Assembly (NCBI GenBank): GCA_000934665.2
Contig: KZ538849.1
Coordinates: 1-44,951 of the forward strand
Direction of reading: 5' to 3'
Length of the DNA: 44,951 nt
Source: Catajapyx aquilonaris
Lineage: Eukaryota
The notes under the pieces were generated by a model. It did no database searches and was not told the DNA's origin. It worked only from the letters and a program-made list of their open reading frames with translations. Below, piece after piece: positions 44,522 to 44,951 of the stretch. The number at the start of each line of letters is the position of its first letter. The stretch's first letter is position 1. The position numbers were made by a program, and so were the translations under genes.

Positions 44522-44720
44522 GGGGGAGACGGAGTGGCGCCGCGGTAACGTGTGCGCCCACGGATGTTAAGGTCCCGGGATCTAATCCCGCCCGGGGACA
44601 CCCCCTTCATCCGTGCAGAGTGTGGGTCGTCTCTGGCTTCGTTTCTGGGTGGAATATCCAATAGACACATCCACCCGGGGGAGTTCACAAAATGACCTAG
44701 TACAGCATATGCACTGCACC
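44522..44720 (+). mobile_element. tRNA-derived SINE family 1, truncated
   Basis: Homologous 5' 200 bp. Confidence 0.8.
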
Positions 44721-44860
44721 ATGGTTATAGAAGACAGGTTAGGTCACTCCCACCCCCCCACTGCCGGGGCGTTTTTCAGCGAGTTCTCACCTGAGACCGC
44801 CATGAGACATTTCGGAGCCTCGACAAGTGGCGACCCTACCGGACCAAGGTTGAACTTTAT

Positions 44861-44951
44861 AGGTACGAAAGGGGGGGGGCTACATGATGACCCAACATGG
44901 CCGCCGGCGGCCATGTTGGGCCCCCCAATGTAGCCCCCCCCTTTCGTACCT
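44861..44951. repeat. GC-rich hairpin centred on catggccgccggcggccatg, running to the window edge
   Basis: aggtacgaaaggggggggg / cccccccctttcgtacct arms. Confidence 0.85.

Overview
Eukaryotic genomic DNA, probably arthropod (internal TTAGG-type repeats, tRNA-derived SINEs, short ~70-90 nt introns), dense in repeats. The main feature is a minus-strand multi-exon gene (at least 19 exons, 6954-31537, about 1500 aa) encoding a highly divergent cohesin HEAT-repeat subunit of the SA/STAG/stromalin family. I reconstructed it by hand with phase-consistent splice sites, including one GC-AG intron. It has lost essentially all residues of the conserved essential surface (CES) that binds CTCF, shugoshin and WAPL. 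It also carries a large N-terminal extension made of one 33-nt tandem repeat read in two frames through compensatory frameshifts. Upstream lies a 5 kb tail-to-tail pair of non-autonomous tRNA-Leu-primed LTR elements with reciprocally swapped LTRs, a palindromic junction and one ATAT duplication around the whole pair. A small five-exon plus-strand gene of unknown function (about 212 aa) lies at 41551-42963. The rest is transposon debris: three SINE families, palindromic mariner, DD37D and Sola2-like elements, hAT, Harbinger and pogo MITEs, RTE fragments and microsatellites. All homology calls come from remembered family motifs, not from database searches.
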